64,000 nt of DNA from Alphaproteobacteria bacterium. GTDB taxonomy: Bacteria > Pseudomonadota > Alphaproteobacteria > CALKHQ01. This document shows, piece by piece, positions 9,803 through 18,441 of this stretch. The DNA lies in contig CBDDFZ010000002.1 in NCBI GenBank assembly GCA_965227515.1, forward strand, positions 864,001-928,000, in the 5' to 3' direction. Position numbers and translations under genes: made by a program. Numbering within the stretch: the first letter of the stretch is position 1; every line of letters begins with the position of its first letter. Below the pieces are notes generated by a model, which did not search any database, was not told the origin of the DNA, and worked only from the letters and a program-made list of their open reading frames with translations.

Positions 9803-10546
9803 TTGGCGGACAGCACTGACCGGGCCGACGAGGGCGTTACGGATCTGAACGAGGCGGCGGTCGCGGACTATCTGCGCCGCCATCCCGACTTCCTGCACCG
9901 GTATCCCAAGATCGTGGAGGCGCTGGAGGCGCCGGACCGCTTCGCCGAGACCAATGGCCAGGTTGTCGACCTGCAGCGATTCATGGTCGACCGGCTGCGC
10001 AACGATATCGACGCCGCCCACAGCCGCACCGCCGCGCTGATCGACACCAGCCGCGAGAACCTGGTTGGCCAGCGCCGCATCCACGAGGCCGTGCTGGCGA
10101 TGCTCGGCGCCACCGACATCGACCAGTTCATCGACATCGTCACCACCGATTTCGCCGTGGTGCTGGACGTCGATGTGGTCGCGATCGCGCTGGAGATGGA
10201 GATCCCCGGCCTGTCGACCGAGCTGTCCCAGCATGTCGCGGTGCTCGACCCCGGCATGGTCGAGCAGATCTTCCCGTCCGGGTCGGACGCTTTGTTGCGC
10301 GACGCCGACCAGCCGGCGCCGGACCGCGCGGCGATCTATGGCGGCGGCGCGGGCCTGATCGACTCAGATGCCGTGTTGCGCCTGCGCGTTGGGCCGCTGG
10401 AGGACGACGCCCCGGCGATCAACGGGCTGATGGCCTTCGGTGCCCGCGAGCCGGACAAGTTCTCACCCGACCAGGGCGCGGAGCTGCTGCTGTTCCTGGC
10501 CCGGGCGCTGGAACGCACCCTGACCCTGTGGTTGCTGCGGGGTTAG
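9803..10546 (+). CDS. DUF484 family protein
   Basis: VADYLRRHPDF, VVDLQRFMVDRLR, F.PDQGAELLLFLAR; follows fsa as is typical in alphaproteobacteria. Confidence 0.85.
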   Translation: MADSTDRADEGVTDLNEAAVADYLRRHPDFLHRYPKIVEALEAPDRFAETNGQVVDLQRFMVDRLRNDIDAAHSRTAALIDTSRENLVGQRRIHEAVLAMLGATDIDQFIDIVTTDFAVVLDVDVVAIALEMEIPGLSTELSQHVAVLDPGMVEQIFPSGSDALLRDADQPAPDRAAIYGGGAGLIDSDAVLRLRVGPLEDDAPAINGLMAFGAREPDKFSPDQGAELLLFLARALERTLTLWLLRG

Positions 10547-10582
10547 TTACACACCGAGACGCGGAAACGTCCGACCCCTATT

Positions 10583-10692
10583 CGTCATTGCGAGGAGCGC
10601 CTGTTACGGCGCGACGCGGCAATCCAGAGCAACCTGCGCGACGTCACGTTAATCGCCTGGATCGCGTCGTCGTTTCACTCCTCGCGATGACG
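10583..10692. repeat. Palindromic element of the GTCATTGCGAGGAG...CTCCTCGCGATGAC type (RPE-like)
   Basis: Terminal CGTCATTGCGAGGAG / CTCCTCGCGATGACG inverted repeats with inner CGACGCGGCAATCCAG / CTGGATCGCGTCG pairing. Confidence 0.8.
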
Positions 10693-10749
10693 CCAGAATG
10701 GGTGACGAGACTCGAAACTGTTGCAGCAGGCTCGCCCCCTTCCGCCCCC

Positions 10750-12723
10750 TCAGCGCGTGGTCATGGTGAACGTGCCGCGCGGCACCTTGAAATCGGGCCG
10801 CAGGTCGTCGACGCACGACGTGTCGAGCGCCGCCGTCGGGTCCTCGATGAAGGCCACCCCCAGGTCGCGTGCGCACTGGCTGAACATGATCGCGCCGTGC
10901 CCGGTCTCGGGCATCACCAACGCGGTGGCGTTGGGCAAGTGGCGCGCGGTCTCCGGCCCCCAGCTCGCGGCGGTCTGCGTGTCGAGCATGCCGGAGAACA
11001 CCAGGGTTGGGATCTCGCTGGTGACCGGATCGTGGAAGCCGGGCCGCGGATGGCTCTCGAACAAGGCGCAGTTCTCGTAGAAGCCGGCCATCAGGAACTC
11101 GAACTCCGCTTCGATCCGCTCCGGGAAGTCCAACTCGGCATGGATGGCGACCTGGCCTTGCGGTGAGTTGTCGTCCATGTCCTCCTGGCAGGCATAGATC
11201 ATCAGCTCGAAGTCCGCGCGCAGGACCTGGATCAGGTCCTCGTTGTCGGCGGTCACCAGCCGGAACGTCTCGATGATGTCGGCCTCGTTCATCAGGTCGA
11301 TGAAGGACGTCAGCCGCGTCGCCGTTTCGGGCGGGAAGTGCGTTGCCACCAGTTCTCTCAGCGCTTCCGCCGACGGCTCCACGCCACGCAGCGCGAGGTA
11401 ATCCTCGAACAGGTCGACCTGCTCTTCGTAGCTCGGCAGCTCGTCCTTGGCCTCGGTCAACTCCTGGTCGAAGATCGCGGCCAGGGTGGCGCCGGAGCGA
11501 ACCGCCGCCGCGCCGCTTTCAAGCTGCATGCCGATCTCGCTGATCGTTTCGAGCGCGTAGCCGATCTCCTCGGCCTCGCGCAGTATGGCGAATGCCAGGG
11601 CCAGTTCGTTCGGCGTGATGTCCGGCGACGCTTCGTCGAGCACGCTGGAGACGGTGCGCGCCGGCGGCAGGGAGCCGTTCCAGATCGCCTCGAACGTCGT
11701 GGTGTCGCCGGCGGTCAGTTCACCAACCACGAGCGGCAGATAGGCGGTCAGCCCGCGCGGCACATGCCATGCGTTGCGCATGGCGAACAGATCGAACAGG
11801 TCATAGGCGGTGATCTCGGTGCCGAGGAACGGCATCGGGTCGTCGTAGAGCCTGTCCAGCAGCGCCCAGGTGTCTTCGCGCAGGTTGGGGAACGCCGTGT
11901 TGCAGGCATCGTCTGCGGCGCATTGCTCGAACACCGCATGGAACGATTCGGCAATGGGGACAAGCAGGGTGTCGTAGAGCGGAATGTGCGGCGACGCGAC
12001 GGAGTCCAGAACCACGGACCGCACGCCTTCGGGAACGGACCGCATCACTTCCAGCGCCAGCTTGGTGCCATAGGAGATGCCGTAGATGTTGTATTCCGGG
12101 TAGCCCAGGGCCCGCATCACGGCCTGCACGTCGCGCGCGTTCTGATAGGTGTTGATCAGCGAGACATCGGTGCCGGTCGCCGCGATCTCGGCGAGGCAGT
12201 CGGCCGTCAGGTCGTTGGCCAGGTTGGGCACCGCCACGCCATAGAGCGCGTCGGATATGACCTCGTAGTTCTCCGACACCGTCCTGAAGCAGGAAATGGA
12301 GTCGCGGGATGCATCGGCGCCGCGCTGGTCGAACACGACGACGTCGCGGCGGCGGCGCAGTTCCTCGAACACCAGGCTGATGAACGACACCGCCTCCACC
12401 GTGCCGCCACCGGGCCCGCCGTGCAGGTAGACGACGGCATCCGACGCCGGCGCCAGCGAGCGCGACTTGTAGATGACGAAGCTGAGCTCGATGTCCCGCC
12501 CGAACAGCGCACCGTGATCGAACGGCACGCTGACGGTGCCGCAAATCACGGTCTCGCCCTCGATCTCAACCTGGCCATTGCCGGAGATCGGGCGCGAGCA
12601 CGGTGCTGCCGCAACTTCGTAGCGGCTGTCGGCGCCGCCTGCCGCGACGACCGGAAACTGCGAAGCATCCGGCTCCGCCGACAAAAGGGCGGCCACCATT
12701 GCGAAGATTTGATCGGGCGTCAC
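10750..12723 (-). CDS. Alpha/beta hydrolase (TAP-like peptidase/esterase) with a large acidic insert
   Basis: CGTVSVP.D, HGGPGG, FDQRG, GISYG nucleophile, LDS, G.LD and GHG catalytic Asp/His; GGAGG RBS before the GTG start. Confidence 0.85.
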   Translation of the reverse strand: MTPDQIFAMVAALLSAEPDASQFPVVAAGGADSRYEVAAAPCSRPISGNGQVEIEGETVICGTVSVPFDHGALFGRDIELSFVIYKSRSLAPASDAVVYLHGGPGGGTVEAVSFISLVFEELRRRRDVVVFDQRGADASRDSISCFRTVSENYEVISDALYGVAVPNLANDLTADCLAEIAATGTDVSLINTYQNARDVQAVMRALGYPEYNIYGISYGTKLALEVMRSVPEGVRSVVLDSVASPHIPLYDTLLVPIAESFHAVFEQCAADDACNTAFPNLREDTWALLDRLYDDPMPFLGTEITAYDLFDLFAMRNAWHVPRGLTAYLPLVVGELTAGDTTTFEAIWNGSLPPARTVSSVLDEASPDITPNELALAFAILREAEEIGYALETISEIGMQLESGAAAVRSGATLAAIFDQELTEAKDELPSYEEQVDLFEDYLALRGVEPSAEALRELVATHFPPETATRLTSFIDLMNEADIIETFRLVTADNEDLIQVLRADFELMIYACQEDMDDNSPQGQVAIHAELDFPERIEAEFEFLMAGFYENCALFESHPRPGFHDPVTSEIPTLVFSGMLDTQTAASWGPETARHLPNATALVMPETGHGAIMFSQCARDLGVAFIEDPTAALDTSCVDDLRPDFKVPRGTFTMTTR

Positions 12724-12943
12724 CAGAAGCCTCCGAGGCCGGCTGGTACTGCGGTCTCTGTGCCCCTAGGCGGAGTCCATGCGCGCGAGGCCGCTGCCGG
12801 CAGGCGAGGCTCGGCGATGGCGTCTGTCCCCCACAAGACGCTGGTTGCCGCAGTTGCGCTTCAAGGGGCGGGCCCAGAATTCACGTAATATTGGAGGCAA
12901 AACCGCCGGCGGTGTCAATCCGACCGAGCGGCGTCGGCTGGTG

Positions 12944-13306
12944 CTATTCCTCGATCTCCGGCACGCTGACGACTTCGATTTCGATCGCACTGAAATAGGC
13001 GGCGACGTCCTCGATGTTCTTGTCGCTGAGGCCCTGGGCGATGATCGACATTTGCTGGTGCTGGCGCTCGCCATCGCGGAACGCGCGCAGTTGGTTGATC
13101 AGGTAGATCTCGCTCTCGCCGCCGATGTTGGGCGCGTCGGGCTGCACCGCCATGCCGTCGAGGCCGTGGCACACCGCACACTGATTGGCCAGCGCGCGGC
13201 CCGAGGCGATGTCGCCGGCATGGGCGGCAGGCGCCAACAGGCTGATCGACAACCCTGCGAGCACGACGCGCGCAATCCTGGTGCCGGTCCGGTTCGGTTC
13301 GGTCAC
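12944..13306 (-). CDS. Class I c-type cytochrome (c553-like)
   Basis: Signal peptide, CAVCH heme motif, PNIGG, YLINQL.AFRDGER...QM; AGGAG RBS before GTG 13306. Confidence 0.9.
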   Translation of the reverse strand: MTEPNRTGTRIARVVLAGLSISLLAPAAHAGDIASGRALANQCAVCHGLDGMAVQPDAPNIGGESEIYLINQLRAFRDGERQHQQMSIIAQGLSDKNIEDVAAYFSAIEIEVVSVPEIEE

Positions 13307-13427
13307 TATCTCGCTCCTGTTTGCATCCCAGATCCGGCCGGCCCAGCGGTTCGATGCCCTTGTCACTGTAACGGGCGGCCATCGTCGTGAGGTGCGCGAT
13401 CGCTGCGCCACCGGCCCAGCCATCAAA

Positions 13428-13460
13428 AATGGGCCCTCGCCACAAGGGCGAGGGCGTCAA
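13428..13460. repeat. Solo REP-like hairpin
   Basis: AATGGGCCCTCGCCACAAGGGCGAGGGCGTCAA is near-identical to the arms at 38498-38531 and 38641-38674. Confidence 0.8.
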
Positions 13461-13508
13461 GTCTGCAGATCGTATGTTTTGCCTTGTTAGGCGTCCGGCG
13501 GTGCCGTC

Positions 13509-14753
13509 CTACTCCGCGCTATAGGAGATGCGATAGATCGCACCCGCCAGGTCGTCGGAGACCAGGATCGAGCCGTCGGGCAGTTGTTGCACGTCGACCG
13601 GGCGGCCCCAGTATTCGCCGGTGTCCATCAGCCAACCCTCGGCAAACGGCACGCTCTCGGCCGCGCCGCCTTCCTCGTTCAGGCTGGTGAACATGACGCG
13701 GGCGCCAACCGGCTCGGTGCGGTTCCACGAGCCGTGCTGTGCGGAGAAGATGCCGCCCTGGTACTCGGCCGGGAACATGCTGCCCGTGTAGAACATCATG
13801 CCCAGGTCGGCCGCGTGGGCCACCATCTCGACCTCTGGGAAGATCACGCCTTCCGGCACGACCTCGCCGGCATACTCGTTGGTGCGGGTGTCGCCGCCGC
13901 CATACCACGGGAAGCCGAAGTTCTGGCCGATGGAGGTGGCGCGGTTCAGCTCGCCGGGCGGGATGTCGTCGCCCATGCCGTCGACCTGGTTGTCGGTGAA
14001 CCACAGCTCGCCATTGGCCGGGTTGAACGCATGCCCGACCGAGTTGCGGACGCCGGTGGCATAGACCTGCCGGCCGGTGCCGTCCCGGTTCATGCGGATG
14101 ATGCCGCCAATGCCCGTTTCGGCATAGAGCTCAGCCTTCTCAGGCGGCTGCACGTTGAACGGCTGGCCGAGCGTGACATACAGCCGGTCGTCGGGCCCGA
14201 TGGAGCAGGTCCGCGCACCGTGGTTGAAGGATTCCTCCTCGACCGGGATCAGCTCGCCCTGGGGCACCACGATGCCGACCGCCACGTCCGGGCTCTCGTA
14301 GAAGAACTCGGCCGCCGGGAACACCATGATCCGGTTGTGCTCGGCGATGTACAGGAACCCGTCCTGGCTGAAGCATACGCCGTTCGGCACCGCGAAATCG
14401 ATCGACGGCGCGAAGCGCTTCACCTCGTCGGCGACGCGGTCGCGATTGCGGTCGGTCACGACATAGACGTCGGTCTTGCGGGTGCCGACGAAGACGGCCA
14501 CGTTGGTGCCGACAGCCATGTGCCGGGCGTCCGGCACGATGGCGAACAGGTCGATGCTGAAGCCGTCCGGCATCGTGATGCGCTCAAGGTTCGCGCGTAG
14601 CTGATCGGCATATTCGCCGGTCTGCTCGATCACGGGTATGTCGAGCGATGTACCCGTGGTCTGAAATTGTTGCAATCGGTCGAGATTGTCAGCCATAGCG
14701 GCGCCGGCACCAAGCAGTGCTGCCACCGACGCCAAGAGCGTCGTCCGAAGCAT
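13509..14753 (-). CDS. PQQ-dependent sugar / L-sorbosone dehydrogenase family (beta-propeller)
   Basis: Signal peptide, YATGVRNSVG, TDNQVDGMGDDIPPGELN, AQHGSWNR, GRPVDV..LPDGS.LVSDD; GAGGAGG RBS. Confidence 0.9.
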   Translation of the reverse strand: MLRTTLLASVAALLGAGAAMADNLDRLQQFQTTGTSLDIPVIEQTGEYADQLRANLERITMPDGFSIDLFAIVPDARHMAVGTNVAVFVGTRKTDVYVVTDRNRDRVADEVKRFAPSIDFAVPNGVCFSQDGFLYIAEHNRIMVFPAAEFFYESPDVAVGIVVPQGELIPVEEESFNHGARTCSIGPDDRLYVTLGQPFNVQPPEKAELYAETGIGGIIRMNRDGTGRQVYATGVRNSVGHAFNPANGELWFTDNQVDGMGDDIPPGELNRATSIGQNFGFPWYGGGDTRTNEYAGEVVPEGVIFPEVEMVAHAADLGMMFYTGSMFPAEYQGGIFSAQHGSWNRTEPVGARVMFTSLNEEGGAAESVPFAEGWLMDTGEYWGRPVDVQQLPDGSILVSDDLAGAIYRISYSAE

Positions 14754-14891
14754 GTGTATCCTCCTCAAGTTTCTCGTTGGAAGTTCTTGAGCGAGCCCGG
14801 GGGAGCCCGCTGAAATCGAGTATAGCGGCCCGTCGGAAACTGACCAGCAGTCGTATCCGATTTGTGACCGGTCCATAGTCCGGCGTGGTAA

Positions 14892-14969
14892 TTAATAGGG
14901 GATCAGGCCCCGGATCAGGTAGGCGACGCCGGCGACCACCGCGAGACCGGCGACCCACAACGCCGCCAA
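14892..14969 (-). pseudogene. Displaced 3' fragment of the DUF2474 small membrane protein gene
   Basis: Encodes (L)AALWVAGLAVVAGVAYLIRGLIPY*, matching the C-terminal half of 17297-17443. Confidence 0.7.
14911..14964. repeat. 54-bp direct repeat copy A (duplicated 3' part of the DUF2474 gene; att-like)
   Basis: 53 of 54 bases identical to 17316-17369. Confidence 0.9.
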
Positions 14970-14974
14970 CCGGA

Positions 14975-16633
14975 TCAGGCGGGCAGGCCGAGCGCGCTCA
15001 GTCCGTCGCCAAGTCGGTCGAGGAAGCTCGCCGTGAACGGCACCGCGGCCACCACCTCGGATACAGTCACCCCCGGTCTGTAGCGCCTCAGGTTGTCGAG
15101 AGCTTCTTGCGCCGCCCTGCGTTCTCCGGTTCGTGCATAAGCGACCGACAGGCTCCGGTTCGCCCATACGGTGCCCGGCTGCTCCACGATTGCCTTGCGC
15201 AACCAGGATACGGCATGCGGGTAGCGTCCGGCACCGAAATGGGCGCTGCCGATGCCGGCATAAAGATTGGCACGCGCGGAGCGCGGGCTCAGCGATATGG
15301 CACGGCGGAAGTGCCCAATGGCCGACGACGCCTCCCCGCGATAGGCGTGCAGCCAGCCGCGACGGCCCCAGGCCCAGCCACAGGTCGGCTCGATCGCCAG
15401 CGCGCGTGCCACGAATGCTTCGGCGGCATCGAAATTCTGGGACATGATTTGGACAGCGCCAAGAGCCGTCAGTGCCAGAGGATCGCGATCCTCCAGAATT
15501 GCGGCCCGGCGAGATAGTTTCTCCGCTTGCTGGCGCGCATCGTCCGGCATGTCGGTGCCGCTGAGCATCACAAGCTGGCCGTAGCCCCACGCCGCGAGTG
15601 CGCTGGCCAGCCCGTAGTCGGGGTCAATATCCAGCGCTGCATGCAGAAGTGCCAGTGCACGCCGCGCACCATCGGCCTGGGACGAGAACAGATATGGCAT
15701 GGCCCGGGTCGTAAGACCGTAGGCGTCCAGACAACGGGGCGGCACTGCCTGTACCCGCCGGATTTCGCCGTCGCGTATTTGCGCTGGGACTGCCTGCACG
15801 ACGCACGCGATGGCTTTGTCCATCAACTGCAACGGTGCGTCGCGGGCGCTGTCGATGGTGTCGCCCCACACATGCTGCCCCGTCGCGGTTTCGGCCAACC
15901 GGAGGATGAGTCTGGTCCGATTCTGGGAGGGCAGGAGACTGCCTGCCAAGAAGTAGCGGGCACCAAGGTCGCGCGCGGCTGCCTCGGGTTGACGCAGTGC
16001 CGTACCTCGGGATGTGGGAAGCATGACGGCCAGCGAGCCGAGCGAGCCCAGCGCCGACGCGATCGCCTCGGCGGTCGCCTCCAGGAACAATGTATGCTGC
16101 GACTGGTACCCCCCGCCGGAGCCGAGCAGGACGGCGATCGAGGGTCTTGTGCGCGAGCCCAGGCCCGTCGGCCGCAGAGCAAACCCGCGGTCGTTGGACG
16201 ATGCCGATGGCTCGTTGGCCGGAGCGTCGGTGGCCTCCGAGACGGCGTCCCTACGCCTTCCAGACTGTGCCCGCCGCAGCGTCGTTGATGGAAGCTCACC
16301 GAAATGACGCCGATACGCCTGCGCGAAACGGCCCTGGTGGTTGAACAGATAGCGGCCCGCAACCTTCGTGACCGAAATGTCCGGCGTTCCGGTCAGCAGT
16401 GCCTCGCGCGCTGCGGTCAGGCGTAGCCGGCGCAGGTATTTGCTGGGCGAAAGGCCGAGAAACGCGCGGAAGTGTTCCGAGAGCGTACGTTCGGCCACGC
16501 CGCAGCGGGCGGCGAGCGTCGCCGTGGTGCACGGTGAGCGGAGCGATTGCCGCAGAAGCAGGACAGCCCGCCTGACATCCTCGGGGACCGGTCCACAACC
16601 GCTGTCGGCCACACCCTCCCGTCGTGCCGGCAT
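14975..16633 (-). CDS. AraC/XylS HTH + TolB-N-like + TPR transcriptional regulator
   Basis: LAARCGVAERTL..HFRAFLG.SP.KYLRRLRL..AR and VA.RY.F.HQGRFA.AYRRHFGELPS.TL (AraC); RPSIAVL..LGARY.L.GS..R.RL..RL.E..TG.HVWG (TolB-N-like); helical repeats. Confidence 0.8.
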   Translation of the reverse strand: MPARREGVADSGCGPVPEDVRRAVLLLRQSLRSPCTTATLAARCGVAERTLSEHFRAFLGLSPSKYLRRLRLTAAREALLTGTPDISVTKVAGRYLFNHQGRFAQAYRRHFGELPSTTLRRAQSGRRRDAVSEATDAPANEPSASSNDRGFALRPTGLGSRTRPSIAVLLGSGGGYQSQHTLFLEATAEAIASALGSLGSLAVMLPTSRGTALRQPEAAARDLGARYFLAGSLLPSQNRTRLILRLAETATGQHVWGDTIDSARDAPLQLMDKAIACVVQAVPAQIRDGEIRRVQAVPPRCLDAYGLTTRAMPYLFSSQADGARRALALLHAALDIDPDYGLASALAAWGYGQLVMLSGTDMPDDARQQAEKLSRRAAILEDRDPLALTALGAVQIMSQNFDAAEAFVARALAIEPTCGWAWGRRGWLHAYRGEASSAIGHFRRAISLSPRSARANLYAGIGSAHFGAGRYPHAVSWLRKAIVEQPGTVWANRSLSVAYARTGERRAAQEALDNLRRYRPGVTVSEVVAAVPFTASFLDRLGDGLSALGLPA

Positions 16634-16682
16634 TCCAACCCCTTGTGCAAATGCACCTGATATCGCCAGGCGCCCACTTCGA

Positions 16683-16716
16683 TGCCGATTCCGGATAGTC
16701 GTGCCGAGAGCGGATA
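16683..16716 (+). promoter_or_regulatory. Tandem XylS-like operator half-sites TGCC-N6-GGATA
   Basis: TGCCGATTCCGGATA (16683-16697) and TGCCGAGAGCGGATA (16702-16716); the XylS consensus is TGCA-N6-GGNTA. Confidence 0.55.
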
Positions 16717-16790
16717 TCTGCCGGGACGCGCGCCTCTCACTCTCACGATTCTGACCTGCAAGCGCAGGGCCGTCGCGGAGGGCGAGAGCG

Positions 16791-17255
16791 ATGCAAGTGC
16801 TGATGACGGTGATCCTGATATGGCTTTCTGTCAACTTCGGGTTGCCGGCAACGTTTGAGCTGCCACGCGTGGTGTTCGCCTCGTCGGAGACGATGGCGCA
16901 CGTCCGCGCCGTTCGGTCGTCGTCGGAAAACGGGCAGCACCCGGCACCCTCCACGCTTGCGGCTGACCTGGGCGCCGGTGGCCACGTTTTTGCGATGTAT
17001 GACGATGCCACACGAACCATCTACCTGCCGTTGGGCTGGAACATCTTGTCCGCGGCCGACGGTTCGATGCTGGTGCACGAGATGGTACACCACCTCCAGA
17101 ACGTGGCCGGAATGGCGTTTGCCTGCGCCGGCGCGCGCGAAAAGGACGCCTACCGAGCCCAAGAATCCTGGCTCGCCGTCCATGGGCAGACACTTGAAGG
17201 CACGTTCGGCGTGGATCCGATGACCGTGCTGGTGCGGACCAACTGCATGAATTGA
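16791..17255 (+). CDS. Small putatively exported protein with HExxH motif (DUF6647-like)
   Basis: Hydrophobic N-terminus, YDD...TIYLP.GW, LVHEMVHHLQ, C...E..AY..Q..WL; GGAGG upstream. Confidence 0.75.
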   Translation: MQVLMTVILIWLSVNFGLPATFELPRVVFASSETMAHVRAVRSSSENGQHPAPSTLAADLGAGGHVFAMYDDATRTIYLPLGWNILSAADGSMLVHEMVHHLQNVAGMAFACAGAREKDAYRAQESWLAVHGQTLEGTFGVDPMTVLVRTNCMN

Positions 17256-17296
17256 GCCCACGCTGGTTCGTCCCGCAATGAGCGATGTGTCCTACA

Positions 17297-17443
17297 TCAC
17301 CCCGGGACAAGTGCGCGGATCAGGTAGGCAACGCCGGCGACCACCGCGAGACCGGCGACCCACAACGCCACGAACCACAGCAGGCGCGCGCGCCAGTGTG
17401 GACGAGGGCCGCTGCCGCCGCCGCTGTCAGGTGCGGCGGTCAA
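17297..17443 (-). CDS. DUF2474 small membrane protein (cytochrome bd accessory subunit)
   Basis: W.ARLLWFVALWVAGLAVVAGVAYLIR; TTG start overlaps the cydB stop; appears in the ORF track only as the tail of a longer shadow ORF. Confidence 0.8.
   Translation of the reverse strand: MTAAPDSGGGSGPRPHWRARLLWFVALWVAGLAVVAGVAYLIRALVPG
17316..17369. repeat. 54-bp direct repeat copy B
   Basis: 53 of 54 bases identical to 14911-14964. Confidence 0.9.
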
Positions 17444-18441
17444 TGGTAGCCCTCGTCGGGATCGACCTTGCCGCGGAACACCCAGTAGGCATAGGCGGTG
17501 TAGGCCAGGATGATCGGGATCAGGATCACCGCGCCGACCAGCAGCAGGCCCAGGCTGGCGTCCGGCGCCGCCGCTTCCCAGATGGTGATCGCGCGCGGCA
17601 CCGCGAACGGGTAGAGGCTGATGCCGAGCCCGATGAACGACAGCACGAACAGCGCCAACGCTAGCAGGAACGGCATCGCGTCGCGTTGCTTCATCAGCGC
17701 GCGCACCATGAACGCGGCGATCGCGGCGATGGCAATCGGCATCGGCGACAGGAACGCGATATTCGGCCATTCGAACCAGCGTGCCGCGATGTCGTCGTGC
17801 AGCAATGGCGTCCACAGGCTGACGCCGCCGATCGCCGCCAGCACGATGGCGGTCAATGGCAGAGCCGCGCGGCGCATCTGCTGCTGCAGCGGGCCGCCGG
17901 TCTTCATGATCAGCCAGGTGGCGCCCAGCAGCGCGTAGCCCGCCACCAGCGCCAGCCCGGTCGCGATGCTGAACAGCGACAGCCAGTCGAACCAGCCTCC
18001 GGCATAGGCGCGGCCGTCGACGGCGATGCCCTGGATGAACGCGCCCAATGCCACTCCTTGGCTGAACGCGGCCACCACCGACCCGCCGCAGAAACCGACA
18101 TCCCACCACCGTTTATGGCGGATCGAGCGGAAGCGGAATTCGAACGCCACGCCGCGGAACACCAGCGCCAGCAGCATCGCGAACAGCGGTGCGTAGAGGG
18201 CGGGCATCAGGATGGCGTAGGCCAGCGGGAAGGCGGCGAACAGGCCACCGCCGCCCAGCACCAGCCAGGTCTCGTTGCCGTCCCACACCGGCGCGATGGT
18301 GTTCACCATGGTGTCGCGGTCGCGCTTGTTGCCGACCACGCCGAACAGGATGCCGACGCCGAGGTCGAAGCCGTCCAGCACCACATAGGCCAGGATCGCG
18401 AACGACAGCAGGCCGGCCCAGATCAGAGCCAGATCGATCAT
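17440..18441 (-). CDS. cydB: Cytochrome bd ubiquinol oxidase subunit II (CIO-like)
   Basis: YVVLDGFDLGVGIL, PVWDGNETWLV, FRGVAFEFR, YWVFRGKV. Confidence 0.97.
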   Translation of the reverse strand: MIDLALIWAGLLSFAILAYVVLDGFDLGVGILFGVVGNKRDRDTMVNTIAPVWDGNETWLVLGGGGLFAAFPLAYAILMPALYAPLFAMLLALVFRGVAFEFRFRSIRHKRWWDVGFCGGSVVAAFSQGVALGAFIQGIAVDGRAYAGGWFDWLSLFSIATGLALVAGYALLGATWLIMKTGGPLQQQMRRAALPLTAIVLAAIGGVSLWTPLLHDDIAARWFEWPNIAFLSPMPIAIAAIAAFMVRALMKQRDAMPFLLALALFVLSFIGLGISLYPFAVPRAITIWEAAAPDASLGLLLVGAVILIPIILAYTAYAYWVFRGKVDPDEGYH

